The translations under genes were made by a program, and so were the position numbers. From IMG/VR virus record IMGVR_UViG_3300033067_001263, positions 1 through 46,357 of that record: a DNA stretch of 46,357 nucleotides; one strand, 5' to 3'. Under the pieces are notes generated by a model. That model worked only from the letters and a program-made list of their open reading frames with translations. It searched no databases and was not told where the DNA came from. Origin of the DNA: a virus (taxonomy: Duplodnaviria; Caudoviricetes). Below are positions 7,510 through 17,483 of the stretch, in pieces; within the stretch, counting starts at the first letter, position 1, and every line of letters begins with the position of its first letter.

Positions 7510-9061
7510 AAATCCTGCATTGCAAGCGATTGCAAATGATCCCGAAAAATTAAAGCAACGCGTAAAATTGTGGAGCGAAAATTTTTTGTTATGGTTTTTT
7601 GATTGCGTTTATACCAAGGACGAAGGTGTTGGTGAAGAGCGGCTTGCTCCGAAGTTTGAGTATATAAAGCATCTGCATGAAACGATTGAAGCGGAGCGGA
7701 TTACATGGGTAGAAAAATCGAGGCAGCAATTTGTTACTTGGTATATGGTTGCAAGATATTTATGGAAGCTAATGTATGCAAAGGATATCAGATTGATTTA
7801 TGGATCTCGTGTTGAAGATGATGTTCAAGATGTAATTAATAGTAGATTTAAAGAAATGTATGATCGGCTTGATCGCGCGTTTCCAATCCCAAATTTAGTT
7901 TTTAGAAGTCTGTCGATTACAAATCCAATGCGCGGGACAATCATGAAGGGAATGAGTTCCAGCGGAGAAGGTTCCAGAGGAAAGACTGGTGCAGAATTAT
8001 GGTTGGACGAAATTGCATCGCAAAAAGATCAAGAAAAAACAATTCGCGCTTCATTGGAGTCGATTAACGCACCGGGAAGTAAAGTAATCGGGGTTACGAC
8101 TCCGGATACAGAAGAGCGAGCGCAGTATATTAAGCGATTGATCGCAAAGTCAATTGATAAGAGTATCCCGGTACAAATAATGAGTCGCGGAGTTGAGAAG
8201 TTGTATAACACGCAAGGACATTGCATTATACGAATTCATTACAATGCGCACCCAGATAAAGATGATGCATGGAAAGAAGCAAAAATTAAAGAGATCGGAG
8301 AAGTAAACTTTTCAATTGAACATGGACTGAATTGGGATATCGCGAAAGGAAAGCCCGCGTTTTGGGGATTTGATTTAACCCGACACGAAAAACGATTGCG
8401 ATTTGATAATTATCAGCCTCTATTAATCGGGATTGATCCCGGCTTTGGACACCCGTCTTATACGATGGCGCAAAAAACGATGCAGGGCAAATGCAGAATT
8501 TTGCATTCAGTAACAAGAGAGCGAACTGGAATGACTGAACTCTGTCAGCAGATAGAGAAAGATATTATTGAAAAGTTTGAGGGACATGAAGATTTTTATT
8601 TTTATATTGATCCAGCTGGAATGCGCAAGAGTGGACAAGGCACTGAAAATTCTGGAGATGCGATTGCGGCATATTTCCCAAATTATGCAGATCGAATTTT
8701 CCCGGCCCCAGTAACCAATCCAAATGATCGGGCACTTTTGATTAATAACTATTTTCAGCAGGATATGATCGAAGTCGAAACTAGCTGTGGCGAATACTAT
8801 GATTGGGAAGGGAATGTCGAAACCGGTGCTTTTGTTTTTATGCTAACAACGGGTTATCACCTTAATAATCAGGGAAAGGTAGTTAAGGATAATAAATGGG
8901 ACCACTTTGCGGATAGTTTTGGGTATATGTTTATTCAGTGTTTTTATACTGCAGATCAATTACAGCAAGTATCCAAGGCAACTTTTCAGGTTAGGCCAAC
9001 TTACTATGATAAGTTGATTTTAAAGCCGCAGAAGCCAAAGAGTAGTTTTCTGCCAACTTGA
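7490..9061 (+). CDS. terL: Terminase large subunit
   Basis: Walker A-like EKSRQQFVT, Walker B LWLDE, motif III VTTP, and RNase H nuclease motifs IGIDPG, YIDPAG and DHFADSFGY. Confidence 0.92.
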   Translation: MQQVITKNPALQAIANDPEKLKQRVKLWSENFLLWFFDCVYTKDEGVGEERLAPKFEYIKHLHETIEAERITWVEKSRQQFVTWYMVARYLWKLMYAKDIRLIYGSRVEDDVQDVINSRFKEMYDRLDRAFPIPNLVFRSLSITNPMRGTIMKGMSSSGEGSRGKTGAELWLDEIASQKDQEKTIRASLESINAPGSKVIGVTTPDTEERAQYIKRLIAKSIDKSIPVQIMSRGVEKLYNTQGHCIIRIHYNAHPDKDDAWKEAKIKEIGEVNFSIEHGLNWDIAKGKPAFWGFDLTRHEKRLRFDNYQPLLIGIDPGFGHPSYTMAQKTMQGKCRILHSVTRERTGMTELCQQIEKDIIEKFEGHEDFYFYIDPAGMRKSGQGTENSGDAIAAYFPNYADRIFPAPVTNPNDRALLINNYFQQDMIEVETSCGEYYDWEGNVETGAFVFMLTTGYHLNNQGKVVKDNKWDHFADSFGYMFIQCFYTADQLQQVSKATFQVRPTYYDKLILKPQKPKSSFLPT

Positions 9062-9072
9062 TTTTTAAAAGT

Positions 9073-9083
9073 TATGGTATATT
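9073..9083 (+). promoter_or_regulatory. Extended -10 promoter candidate (TATGGTATATT-GAAAAT)
   Basis: Same motif class as 4923-4933, 6004-6014, 13554-13564 and 42487-42497; located intergenically. Confidence 0.55.
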
Positions 9084-9107
9084 GAAAATTAAAGGCAGGA
9101 AAATATT

Positions 9108-9668
9108 ATGGTAGATTTTATAAGAGACGCGGAAATAACAGCTTTAATCACTTCAGATGGTGCAGCAGCGATGGGCACTGGAAATGGCGAAGCGCAAAAG
9201 ATAACTCAGGCAATGGGTGGCGGATTGGCTTTGGTCTATGACAAAGAAAACGCTCAATTGTATTCAGGAGTTGGCAGTGTACTAGCAGGTTCTGTTCTTT
9301 GCTTACAATATGAATACGATTTTGCATTGCATGGTGGTGCAGTTGGCGAAATTGTAGTCGATGGTCCAGCAATCCCACCAAACTTCTGGATTTTAAATGG
9401 TGTTGCAATCGTAAAAGATGCAGTAACTTCTGGAGGTTCGGCAACTGTTTCAATTGGTACTAAGACTGGTTCTGTTGATAATCTTTTAGCGGCAACCGCA
9501 AAAGCATCTTTAACAGATGAAGCAAAGTTCCTATTGGTCCCAGATTTTGCAACTGTGGCTGACTCTATTGTTGAAACTGCAGAACGTTTACCAATCATAG
9601 CGGTAGCGACTGCAGCACTTACAGCAGGTAGAATTAAGTTCGCCCTGATGGGTATCGTAGTTAGCTAA
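9108..9668 (+). CDS. Putative virion decoration/cement protein
   Basis: A/G/T/V-rich beta protein, YDFALHGGAVG...VTSGGSATVSIG pattern typical of phage head accessory proteins. Confidence 0.55.
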   Translation: MVDFIRDAEITALITSDGAAAMGTGNGEAQKITQAMGGGLALVYDKENAQLYSGVGSVLAGSVLCLQYEYDFALHGGAVGEIVVDGPAIPPNFWILNGVAIVKDAVTSGGSATVSIGTKTGSVDNLLAATAKASLTDEAKFLLVPDFATVADSIVETAERLPIIAVATAALTAGRIKFALMGIVVS

Positions 9669-9672
9669 GATT

Positions 9673-10131
9673 ATGGCGGTCAAAAGAAAAGAACGTTTAC
9701 TGAATGCGGTCCCAAGCGCAACGCCTGGGACCACTTATTCAGCGTGGGTTAATACCGAGAATTTTAAAAACTTTTCATTCGTTTTGCGAATGGGGGGCAG
9801 TGATTATACAAGCACTGATGTTGCGGATACAATTGATTTTTGGATTGAAGCAAGCGATACGAACGACTCCGCGCAGGCTTATTACAAGCGTCGCGCTTTG
9901 AGTTTAACAAATGCACAGACCGGTACGGTTGCTAAGAAGTTTACTCAAGTTACTGGAAATACTCCATTACCTGCTACTCCTGCAAGTTATACAGATACGA
10001 CTTTAAGGCAGCAATGGGATTATAAAAGCCCGAATGTTGATGAATATGTAAGATTAGCTTATACAACTGCGAGTAATCCAGAACTTCTTGGTACAGTAAT
10101 AGTGGACATGTACGCAGACGAAGAAGTATAG
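9673..10131 (+). CDS. Putative virion structural protein
   Basis: Beta-rich, T/S-rich 152-aa ORF in the morphogenesis arm. Confidence 0.5.
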   Translation: MAVKRKERLLNAVPSATPGTTYSAWVNTENFKNFSFVLRMGGSDYTSTDVADTIDFWIEASDTNDSAQAYYKRRALSLTNAQTGTVAKKFTQVTGNTPLPATPASYTDTTLRQQWDYKSPNVDEYVRLAYTTASNPELLGTVIVDMYADEEV

Positions 10132-10139
10132 GAGGCGCT

Positions 10140-12491
10140 TTGAAACAAAAAATTGATCCCGCATCAATAACCCCCGAGGTGAAAAAAGCACTTGCGGATT
10201 GGCTTTATATGGTGCTGGATAAATCCTTTACACGCAAGGATTACGATTATAATAAATTTAAACTAGATTGCGCACTAAAAAAGAAAACGGTTAGGCAAGC
10301 GGTTGTAGATGGAGATCTTACTGCATCAGGAATTGATATTGATTATGCAAATCGAGTTGAAGGCGCAGATCTAAATGAAGCCTATGTCTCTGATGAATTT
10401 TCACATTTAAAAACCCCAGTTTTACTAAAAAATAATAAGAAGGTTACTGAGAAAGTAAGAAATATTTGCTTCCCTCTTTCTGGCAATCAAATTGGGATTA
10501 GCCGACAGTATGATGAATTTTTTGATACGAATTCGATTAGCGATTTTCTTCCAACTGCTGATAATTGCTGGAATAAGATCCTGGAGTCAGAGAATTCAAA
10601 TTTTCAATTTCAGTCAGTCTATGAAAGTATCCTTGATGAAGGATTAACGCATTCAGTTTGGTCAATTGATCATGAATATGATGATCTTAACGAAGTAGTA
10701 GAGCCGCTTGCTCCTGGAGTGCAGAATATTGGATTGTATCCAGAGCAATCAGATTGGCGCAAATCAAATCGTTGTTTTTATGTCGATGTAAATTTTAATC
10801 AGTTGGTGGGAAGAGAGGATCTTGATCAGGAGATACTTCAGAAGATAAAGCCGCAAGTAATTGATAGCAACCGAGAAGCAAATGGTACTAAGCGAGCGCA
10901 CCAAAATCAGGCACTTGTTCCATTCGGCAAAGTTAGATTAGTTAAGTTCTTTTGTCCAAGCGTGTATCTTGATGTTGGTGAAGAAAGTTATTATGCAGAA
11001 GGCATGTATGTAGTAGCGCTGATTAATCCACAGTTTGATCCAGTAGAAGAATTACCAGAGCATCATAATTTATATTTGTTAAAAATTGCAGTCGATGTAC
11101 CTTTGGATAGAAGCGGATTGTTATTAGGCACTCCAGTTGTAAACCAACCTAATCAATTTTTCAATTTGGGTTTGTTTTATCCTTGGCTAGATCACCAAAA
11201 AGCAGCAAACGGATTTTATGCAAGTGCAACTAGACTTGCCTCGTATCTAACAACTGGACCATTCAATTCAGAGAAATCGGGCTTTGGCTCAATTAATAGT
11301 GAAGACGAAGATATGTCCACAGGCTTTAGGCCGTTTCAGATATTAAAGAATAAAAAATATACTTCTGTCTTTGATGCAAATCTTGTTAATTTTATTGAAA
11401 CAGGATTTAACACGATTAATAAGCTTGAGAAAGATGTTCAGGAGGGATTAGGATTTACTTCTCGTCCTGATGGCGTTGTGAATACCGGGGAGAATATCAA
11501 CGGCATTGTAAACATGGACGACCCTGGCAATGTGGCAATGGTTGGGTATGCAGTTCGCTTTAATCAGCTTTGCTATATCCCAAGCTTGTTTACCCGAGTA
11601 AGAAATACTCAGCAGATTTTATTGGTGCAGATCTATAGCAAGCTTGATGAGATTAAAGAATTGATGACAATGGATATTGGAGAGGCGATGGATATGATGC
11701 CTCCTGATGAGATGATAGTAGAGCAGATACTAGAAGAGAATAAGCTATTCAAGAGACTGGTTAATACTTCTGGGATTAAAGCAAAGTATCGCGAATTTTA
11801 TAAAAAACGTCAAAAAGAACTTATAGAAAATCAACAGATTTCAATGGAATTAATGTCAATGGAACAGCAAGCGATGCAACATTTTGCATTTGCGAATAGT
11901 CCGATTGATATTAGGCAATTACCTCCCCCTGAAGAGTCGTATGAAATTGTTGATGGAAGAGAAGTAAGAGTTGAACTTTCTCCTGCTGAAAAAGAAGAGC
12001 GCAAGCAAGCATGGTTTGCAAACGAACAAGCGCGTCGCAAAGAAGCTGATATGCAGGGCAATATGACATTGCTAGAAATTCGCAAGCGTCAATTAGCGAT
12101 TGAAGATATCTCTGAAATTCCTCCATTGAGTAATGTTTTGTTGTTTAACATGCTGACTGCTCCAATCGAAAATTCTGATATTAAAATTGCAGGAGTTTTG
12201 GCCGCATTACTCAAAAATCTTAACGATAGAGATTTGATGAATATGGTTGAATACTTGAAAGTTATTCCTCAAAATGTTTCTGATGAAGTTGATTACTTCA
12301 AGATGTTTAATTTGTTTACCAAAGGCGACGCGGTTACGTTTGATACAATTCGCAAAAGTGAAGCTCAGATTGCGCGTGAAGAAAAAGCGCGTCAAAATGA
12401 AGCAGATTTTCAAAGACAAGTTTCAATTGAAATGGCAAAAAATCCAGGTGCGCAGCCTCCACAGATAGGATCAGGAAACACACCGACATGA
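10140..12491 (+). CDS. Portal (head-tail connector) protein
   Basis: 783 aa, TTG start after AGGAGG, between TerL and scaffold/capsid. Q/E-rich coiled-coil C-terminus (IRKSEAQIAREEKARQ) as in podoviral portals. Confidence 0.75.
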   Translation: MKQKIDPASITPEVKKALADWLYMVLDKSFTRKDYDYNKFKLDCALKKKTVRQAVVDGDLTASGIDIDYANRVEGADLNEAYVSDEFSHLKTPVLLKNNKKVTEKVRNICFPLSGNQIGISRQYDEFFDTNSISDFLPTADNCWNKILESENSNFQFQSVYESILDEGLTHSVWSIDHEYDDLNEVVEPLAPGVQNIGLYPEQSDWRKSNRCFYVDVNFNQLVGREDLDQEILQKIKPQVIDSNREANGTKRAHQNQALVPFGKVRLVKFFCPSVYLDVGEESYYAEGMYVVALINPQFDPVEELPEHHNLYLLKIAVDVPLDRSGLLLGTPVVNQPNQFFNLGLFYPWLDHQKAANGFYASATRLASYLTTGPFNSEKSGFGSINSEDEDMSTGFRPFQILKNKKYTSVFDANLVNFIETGFNTINKLEKDVQEGLGFTSRPDGVVNTGENINGIVNMDDPGNVAMVGYAVRFNQLCYIPSLFTRVRNTQQILLVQIYSKLDEIKELMTMDIGEAMDMMPPDEMIVEQILEENKLFKRLVNTSGIKAKYREFYKKRQKELIENQQISMELMSMEQQAMQHFAFANSPIDIRQLPPPEESYEIVDGREVRVELSPAEKEERKQAWFANEQARRKEADMQGNMTLLEIRKRQLAIEDISEIPPLSNVLLFNMLTAPIENSDIKIAGVLAALLKNLNDRDLMNMVEYLKVIPQNVSDEVDYFKMFNLFTKGDAVTFDTIRKSEAQIAREEKARQNEADFQRQVSIEMAKNPGAQPPQIGSGNTPT

Positions 12492-12495
12492 CAAG

Positions 12496-12735
12496 ATGAC
12501 AACAATGACAAACGAAAAGCCACTAACTCCAGAAGAAAAGATCAAAGATGCAGTTAAAAACATCAAAGATATCTGCCCGACTTACTGGCGGACCATTGAA
12601 AATATGTTTATTAAAGAGGTAATTCCGAGTCTTGATGGACAAAAGGATCAGGCTGATTTGGCCTATTCGTATATCCAAAAAGGCACGATTGCGTCTATAA
12701 TGGAGAAGTTGGACATAAAAGTTGGAGGAAATTAA
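12496..12735 (+). CDS. Small protein between portal and scaffold
   Basis: 79-aa ORF at a position conserved in many podoviruses. Confidence 0.6.
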   Translation: MTTMTNEKPLTPEEKIKDAVKNIKDICPTYWRTIENMFIKEVIPSLDGQKDQADLAYSYIQKGTIASIMEKLDIKVGGN

Positions 12736-12736
12736 A

Positions 12737-13549
12737 ATGACAGATATGGTTGATACTCAAGAAATTGTTGAAGATGTAGTACCTGCAGATGATGTAGCTA
12801 CTGAAGAGCCTGCAGTTGAAGATGTAGAAGAAACAGGTGCAGATGATGCAGTTGCAGAAGAGCCTGCAGTTGAAACTTATACACAAGAGCAATTGCTTGA
12901 AGCAATGGCTTATGCTCAAAAAGAGACACTGGAAGCGATTAGGAAAGATCAAGAAGCAGCAAATGCAGCGAATAAAGTTCCAGAGACACCGGTTGCACCA
13001 AAGCAAAATGTTATTGAAGAGACTCTAACAGATGTTCTTGGGGATATCCCAGATGACACGGTGCTTACTGGCGCTGATTTTAAAGTGCTTTTGACTAAGG
13101 TCTTCACTACGATTGAAGCTCAAGGTCGTCAGCAAGCAGAAAAATCAGAAGTTAGAATTGCGGAGCAAGGCACTAATAACTATGCCAAAGAATATGTACC
13201 AAAAATGGTTGCATATTATAAATTAGACCCTAATTCTATTGAAGCTGAATATATTGAAAATTCGTTTTATTCAATTTTAAATCAAGCGAAAGCGAAGCAT
13301 GGAAATACAGTAGTAGCAGTTCAAGAAGCGGCTACTCAGCACATGCTAAGAATGAAAGAAAAGTTTGGAGCAAAGACAAAGATCCCGGCAAACAAGTTGC
13401 CTCTCGATAAAAAAATCGCAGCAGGTAATAATGTTAAGCCCGAGGTAAAGGCAAAAATTGAGGTTGATAATGCAGCATTAGCAAAGAAACTTCAAGACGG
13501 TACTTTATCTTGGTCAGAAAAACTGAGACTTATCAACTCCAGAAAATAG
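12737..13549 (+). CDS. Capsid scaffolding protein
   Basis: Acidic disordered N-terminus with EEPAVE repeats, helical body, directly upstream of the capsid gene; start after GGAGG. Confidence 0.75.
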   Translation: MTDMVDTQEIVEDVVPADDVATEEPAVEDVEETGADDAVAEEPAVETYTQEQLLEAMAYAQKETLEAIRKDQEAANAANKVPETPVAPKQNVIEETLTDVLGDIPDDTVLTGADFKVLLTKVFTTIEAQGRQQAEKSEVRIAEQGTNNYAKEYVPKMVAYYKLDPNSIEAEYIENSFYSILNQAKAKHGNTVVAVQEAATQHMLRMKEKFGAKTKIPANKLPLDKKIAAGNNVKPEVKAKIEVDNAALAKKLQDGTLSWSEKLRLINSRK

Positions 13550-13553
13550 AAAA

Positions 13554-13564
13554 TGTGGTAGATT
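13554..13564 (+). promoter_or_regulatory. Extended -10 promoter candidate for capsid gene (TGTGGTAGATT-GAAAAT)
   Basis: Intergenic; shares the downstream GAAAAT with the 9073 site. Confidence 0.55.
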
Positions 13565-13585
13565 GAAAATAAGGACAAAAAAACT

Positions 13586-14827
13586 ATGACACACCCAGTA
13601 ACAGGCGCAGCACAATACAATTCTAAATATTTATCAGAGGCAGCTTTTAAAACAATAAAAGTTAATAGCCGGATTTATGCTCCATTCTTCTCCAATCACA
13701 TGGAGATGGCGAGCAATGTAACGGCAATTGCTAAATGGGCAGATAAAGTTAAGCCAACTAACGTTGCGACACTTTCTTCTGCTTATACGGCAGGCAGCGG
13801 TACGATGGTATTCGCGGCTCACTCTACGGTTAATGATTATCGTAAAAATGTAATTCCGCTAGTCAGTGAAATTCAGACACCGAACGGTGGCGCTAGATAC
13901 AGACTAGATGCTTATGATCCAACTACTAGAACAGCAACAGTTACGTTCCTTGGCGGTACTGATAGCAGTCTTGCTTCTGGTGTTGAAGTTAAGTTCTTAA
14001 GAGTCAGCGGAATGGGCGATAAGCCAATTTCTCACAATGACGCTTCAGTATTTGGTGGTGGAGATTATAACTATTACAGTTATTTCAACTACAACTTTGA
14101 AGTTGCAGACGATATGAAAAATGGTCTTTTCAGACTTGATATCAACGAATTTTCTATCGATCACCAAATTGATATGAATATGGACGATGCTTATGCAAAC
14201 TTTGAGCATAAGATATTCTGGGACCCTAGACTTGCTGGTGGTTCAGAACAAGCGGCTCGTATTCCAGATGGTACTAATGGTGGCGGATATGGCTCTCGCG
14301 CAGGTGGAATTATTACACTCGGTAGAGCAAGAGGATTGTACGAAGTAGACTCTAGCAATGCTCCGTTGTCTGTGAATATGATCAGAACAGATATCAGACA
14401 GCTTAGATTGAATACAGCGTTTAACACGCCTAACTCAATCGTAAAAGAAACAGGCATCAAGGCGATCAAAGCTTATTGCGATAAAGCGCTATTCCCTGAA
14501 ATCGGCAAACTTGCTGAACTTCAAGGACATGCAGCAGCAATGCTTAGTAAAGATGAAAAGCTTGATGGAATTCTTGGTCTATCTTGCCATAAGATCCTTG
14601 CTGATGATGTTATCGTTGCTTTTGAAGAAACAGACGGACTTGGCGATAGATCAATATTTTATGAGACACACCCAGAAGATATTAGAGTTAAAGTAATTCA
14701 CTTTATGGACTCTATTGATCTTGCTAAGGTTGCAGCAACTACTAAGCAAATGTGCGAAAACGCATTTACAGTTGAGTTTGATTGCCCTTGGAGATCTGGT
14801 TTAAGAACTAAAGTTGGCTCATTGTAA
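13586..14827 (+). CDS. Major capsid protein
   Basis: 413 aa, follows the scaffold gene; composition and an inserted beta-domain fit an HK97-fold capsid. Assignment mainly by synteny. Confidence 0.75.
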   Translation: MTHPVTGAAQYNSKYLSEAAFKTIKVNSRIYAPFFSNHMEMASNVTAIAKWADKVKPTNVATLSSAYTAGSGTMVFAAHSTVNDYRKNVIPLVSEIQTPNGGARYRLDAYDPTTRTATVTFLGGTDSSLASGVEVKFLRVSGMGDKPISHNDASVFGGGDYNYYSYFNYNFEVADDMKNGLFRLDINEFSIDHQIDMNMDDAYANFEHKIFWDPRLAGGSEQAARIPDGTNGGGYGSRAGGIITLGRARGLYEVDSSNAPLSVNMIRTDIRQLRLNTAFNTPNSIVKETGIKAIKAYCDKALFPEIGKLAELQGHAAAMLSKDEKLDGILGLSCHKILADDVIVAFEETDGLGDRSIFYETHPEDIRVKVIHFMDSIDLAKVAATTKQMCENAFTVEFDCPWRSGLRTKVGSL

Positions 14828-14850
14828 TTTAAACGGTAGGAGGAAATAAT

Positions 14851-15345
14851 ATGCCAAGAACTCATAAATCGTTAAAAGAACGGTTCGATACAAAATACCA
14901 TGTTTTAGAAAATGGTTGCTGGCAATGGACTGCTAATATCTCTACTAATGGATATGGGCAGGTTACGAAAGCAGGAAAAAGTTATCGTGCGCATAGAATT
15001 GCTTACGAGTCTTACGTGGGAGCAATTCCAGAGGGCATGGTAGTTTGTCATAAATGCGATAATAAACTTTGCGTAAATCCTGAGCATTTATTTATAGGCA
15101 CTCAAGCTGAAAATATGCAGGATATGACTCGCAAAGGCAGAGGGCGTACTGGAGAGAAAAACGGGAAAGCTTTTTTGTCTGATGAGCAAGTTCGAGAAAT
15201 TAGGGAAAAATTTGCTAATGGATCTACTCCAAAGCAATTGAATGAAGAGTATAATTTGGGCAAGGGTTCTATTTATAATATTATTAACAATAGAACACGC
15301 GTACAAAAAGCAAACAACAAGGAGGTGTTATTTTGCCATTTGTAA
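14851..15345 (+). CDS. Free-standing HNH homing endonuclease
   Basis: GCWQWT...GYG...AHRIAY...[16 protein letters not shown]...N, followed by a C-terminal HTH. Confidence 0.92.
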   Translation: MPRTHKSLKERFDTKYHVLENGCWQWTANISTNGYGQVTKAGKSYRAHRIAYESYVGAIPEGMVVCHKCDNKLCVNPEHLFIGTQAENMQDMTRKGRGRTGEKNGKAFLSDEQVREIREKFANGSTPKQLNEEYNLGKGSIYNIINNRTRVQKANNKEVLFCHL

Positions 15346-16133
15346 CAAAGTCAGGAGGTTTACGACTTGACGATGGAGTCGTTGAACTTCATAGAAATGA
15401 AAAAGGTGAAACAATTCCAGGTAACGGGATTAAAGTAAAAACTGTTGCTAATATTAGTGCAGTTGGATTAGATCAAGAGTCTGAAGAATTCAAATTAGCA
15501 GTCGCTCGCGGTAATCCAATGCCAAATGGGACATCTTGGTCTACAGTCCCAGTTTTTATTTTGGATTGTCGTAGTTTTGATAAACCAGCTTGGGAGCGCT
15601 TTATTCAAAAGTTTGAAAAAGGGCTAGAGCCTGGAAATACCAGTCCTACGATAGTTTATGAGCCTGCAATATACGACATTGTTGATCTTGAGTATGGCAA
15701 GCGTGCATTGCCACTTTGGGTAATTAAATGGCTTAATGACAGAGGGATTTATGATAAAGCTGTAAACGAAACCAAAGTAGAGTCAATTCATAAAAAACTT
15801 ACTCCTGCTCAATTGTCTTTGATTAAAAAAGCGATCAAAGAAAGAATTGAACAAGAAGATCCAGATGTGGTTAAGCTTCGTGATGAGGCTGAGAAAAAAG
15901 CAAAATTAGCAGAAAAAGCTCGCAAAGAAGCAGAAAAAGCAGAAAAAGCAAGGCTTGAGGCGGAGGCAGCAGCAGATGCAAAAGAAGCGGAAGATAAAGC
16001 AAAAGCAGATGCAGAAGCAGAAGAATTAGCTCGTCAATTTGAAGAAGAACAAGCAGCAGCGGCAGAAGCAGAACAAGCAAAAGCTGAAGCAGAGGCAAAG
16101 AAAGAAAAAGCAGGAACAGCGAGCAAAAAGTAG
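15333..16133 (+). CDS. Hypothetical protein with long A/E/K charged helical C-terminus
   Basis: TTG start after AAGGAGGT embedded in the 3' end of the HNH gene. Confidence 0.7.
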   Translation: MPFVTKSGGLRLDDGVVELHRNEKGETIPGNGIKVKTVANISAVGLDQESEEFKLAVARGNPMPNGTSWSTVPVFILDCRSFDKPAWERFIQKFEKGLEPGNTSPTIVYEPAIYDIVDLEYGKRALPLWVIKWLNDRGIYDKAVNETKVESIHKKLTPAQLSLIKKAIKERIEQEDPDVVKLRDEAEKKAKLAEKARKEAEKAEKARLEAEAAADAKEAEDKAKADAEAEELARQFEEEQAAAAEAEQAKAEAEAKKEKAGTASKK

Positions 16134-16138
16134 TATGA

Positions 16139-16843
16139 ATGCCAAAAACTTATCTAGATGTAATAAATGACGCACGAGATGAGATCACACCTGGCACAAT
16201 ACCGCTTAGTCGCTTAACTGATACTGACGCTGAAGTAAAAAGATCTAGAAGTTGTATTCAGCGGGCTTTACGCGATCTTTTAGCGCGTCATCTAGCAATT
16301 CCATCAGAAAGCAAAATTGGGACCGTAACAACGACCACAGGCAATGCTCTGCTTACTAATTTGATAAGTGATCCTTGGGATACCAAGATGGTCATGGAAA
16401 TGCACTATCTAGATACGACACAAACGCCTAACGTAAGAAGGCGTGTTCTTCCAATTACTGAAGCTCAATCAAAAGATTTACTGCTTTTGACTTATACGGA
16501 TACGACTCCAAGATATTATTATCAAAAAGGCAATAATCTATATCTAGTACCGGTTCCACAAGCGGCCTATTCGATTGATATTAGATACAACAGAACAGTT
16601 CCGTTGATTGCAATTGAAGATTTGACAACTCAGCTTGATCTTGATAATGAAGGAATTCTTGTTTTGACTGATCTTACAAAAGCTCATCTATTGCAGGGGA
16701 AAGATCCTGAATGGGAAAAAATTCTCGGAATGGCACTGAAGAGTGTTGATGTTTACTATGAAAGATTGAACTATGGACAAAAGAAACAAGGGGTCAATGG
16801 TACAATGAAAGTACAGATTAATCGAGCAGACTGGAGCTATTGA
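16139..16843 (+). CDS. Head-tail adaptor (tail tubular protein A-like)
   Basis: TYLDVIN...PRYYY...LYLVPVP...YSIDIRY pattern of podoviral adaptors; synteny. Confidence 0.75.
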   Translation: MPKTYLDVINDARDEITPGTIPLSRLTDTDAEVKRSRSCIQRALRDLLARHLAIPSESKIGTVTTTTGNALLTNLISDPWDTKMVMEMHYLDTTQTPNVRRRVLPITEAQSKDLLLLTYTDTTPRYYYQKGNNLYLVPVPQAAYSIDIRYNRTVPLIAIEDLTTQLDLDNEGILVLTDLTKAHLLQGKDPEWEKILGMALKSVDVYYERLNYGQKKQGVNGTMKVQINRADWSY

Positions 16844-16844
16844 T

Positions 16845-17483
16845 ATGGATTGGAATACTTTATTTGGTTATGGTGGTTTTGGCGGATATGATCCCTGGGC
16901 TGGAATAATGCAATCAATGGGCGGTTATGGCGGCTACGGAGGCTATGGAGGCTATGGAGGCTATGGAGGCTATGGAGGCTATGGCGGCATGGGCGGTTTT
17001 GGTGGCTATAATCCTTGGGGAATGTATGGTGGCATGGGCGGCTACGGAGGCTATGGAGGTTACGGAGGCTATGGCGGCATGGGCGGAGACGGTACGCCGC
17101 TTGAGTCGATACTAGAAGGCATGTTTAAAAAATATTTCCCTGATGCAACTCCTGGAGAGGCTGTTACAGATACGTCTTCTGGTGGTGCGAGTAATGAGGC
17201 AGCGACGGGGACCGATGCAACAACTACAACAACGGATACCACAGCAGATACGACGACTAAGACTAAGCCTGATTTTAGGTTTGGTAAGGACTATGGTAGT
17301 AAATATCTTGAAACAGGCGAATGGGGCGAAAAAGGATTGGCACAAATGCAGGAAGCTGGCTATAAAGATGAAGCTGATTTTATGGCAAGTGAAATGGGGC
17401 AATCCCTTCAAAAGAAACGTGATCAGATCGCAAGCAATACTAACAGAATAGATACGACCCGCAGAACATCAACAAGACGATAA
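16845..17483 (+). CDS. Gly/Tyr/Met low-complexity (GGY repeat) protein
   Basis: N-terminal ~80 aa of (GGY)n/GGM, a T-rich linker and a small globular C-terminus; tightly packed against both neighbours. Confidence 0.8.
   Translation: MDWNTLFGYGGFGGYDPWAGIMQSMGGYGGYGGYGGYGGYGGYGGYGGMGGFGGYNPWGMYGGMGGYGGYGGYGGYGGMGGDGTPLESILEGMFKKYFPDATPGEAVTDTSSGGASNEAATGTDATTTTTDTTADTTTKTKPDFRFGKDYGSKYLETGEWGEKGLAQMQEAGYKDEADFMASEMGQSLQKKRDQIASNTNRIDTTRRTSTRR
16920..17087 (+). repeat. 9-bp coding tandem repeats (GGAGGCTAT-type) encoding GGY
   Basis: Direct reading; two blocks separated by FGGYNPWGMY. Confidence 0.9.

Noticed and set aside
16927-17115. Alternate-frame ORF MAATEAMEAMEAM
   Set aside because: Shadow of the GGY 9-bp repeats; synonymous variation preserves the GGY frame.
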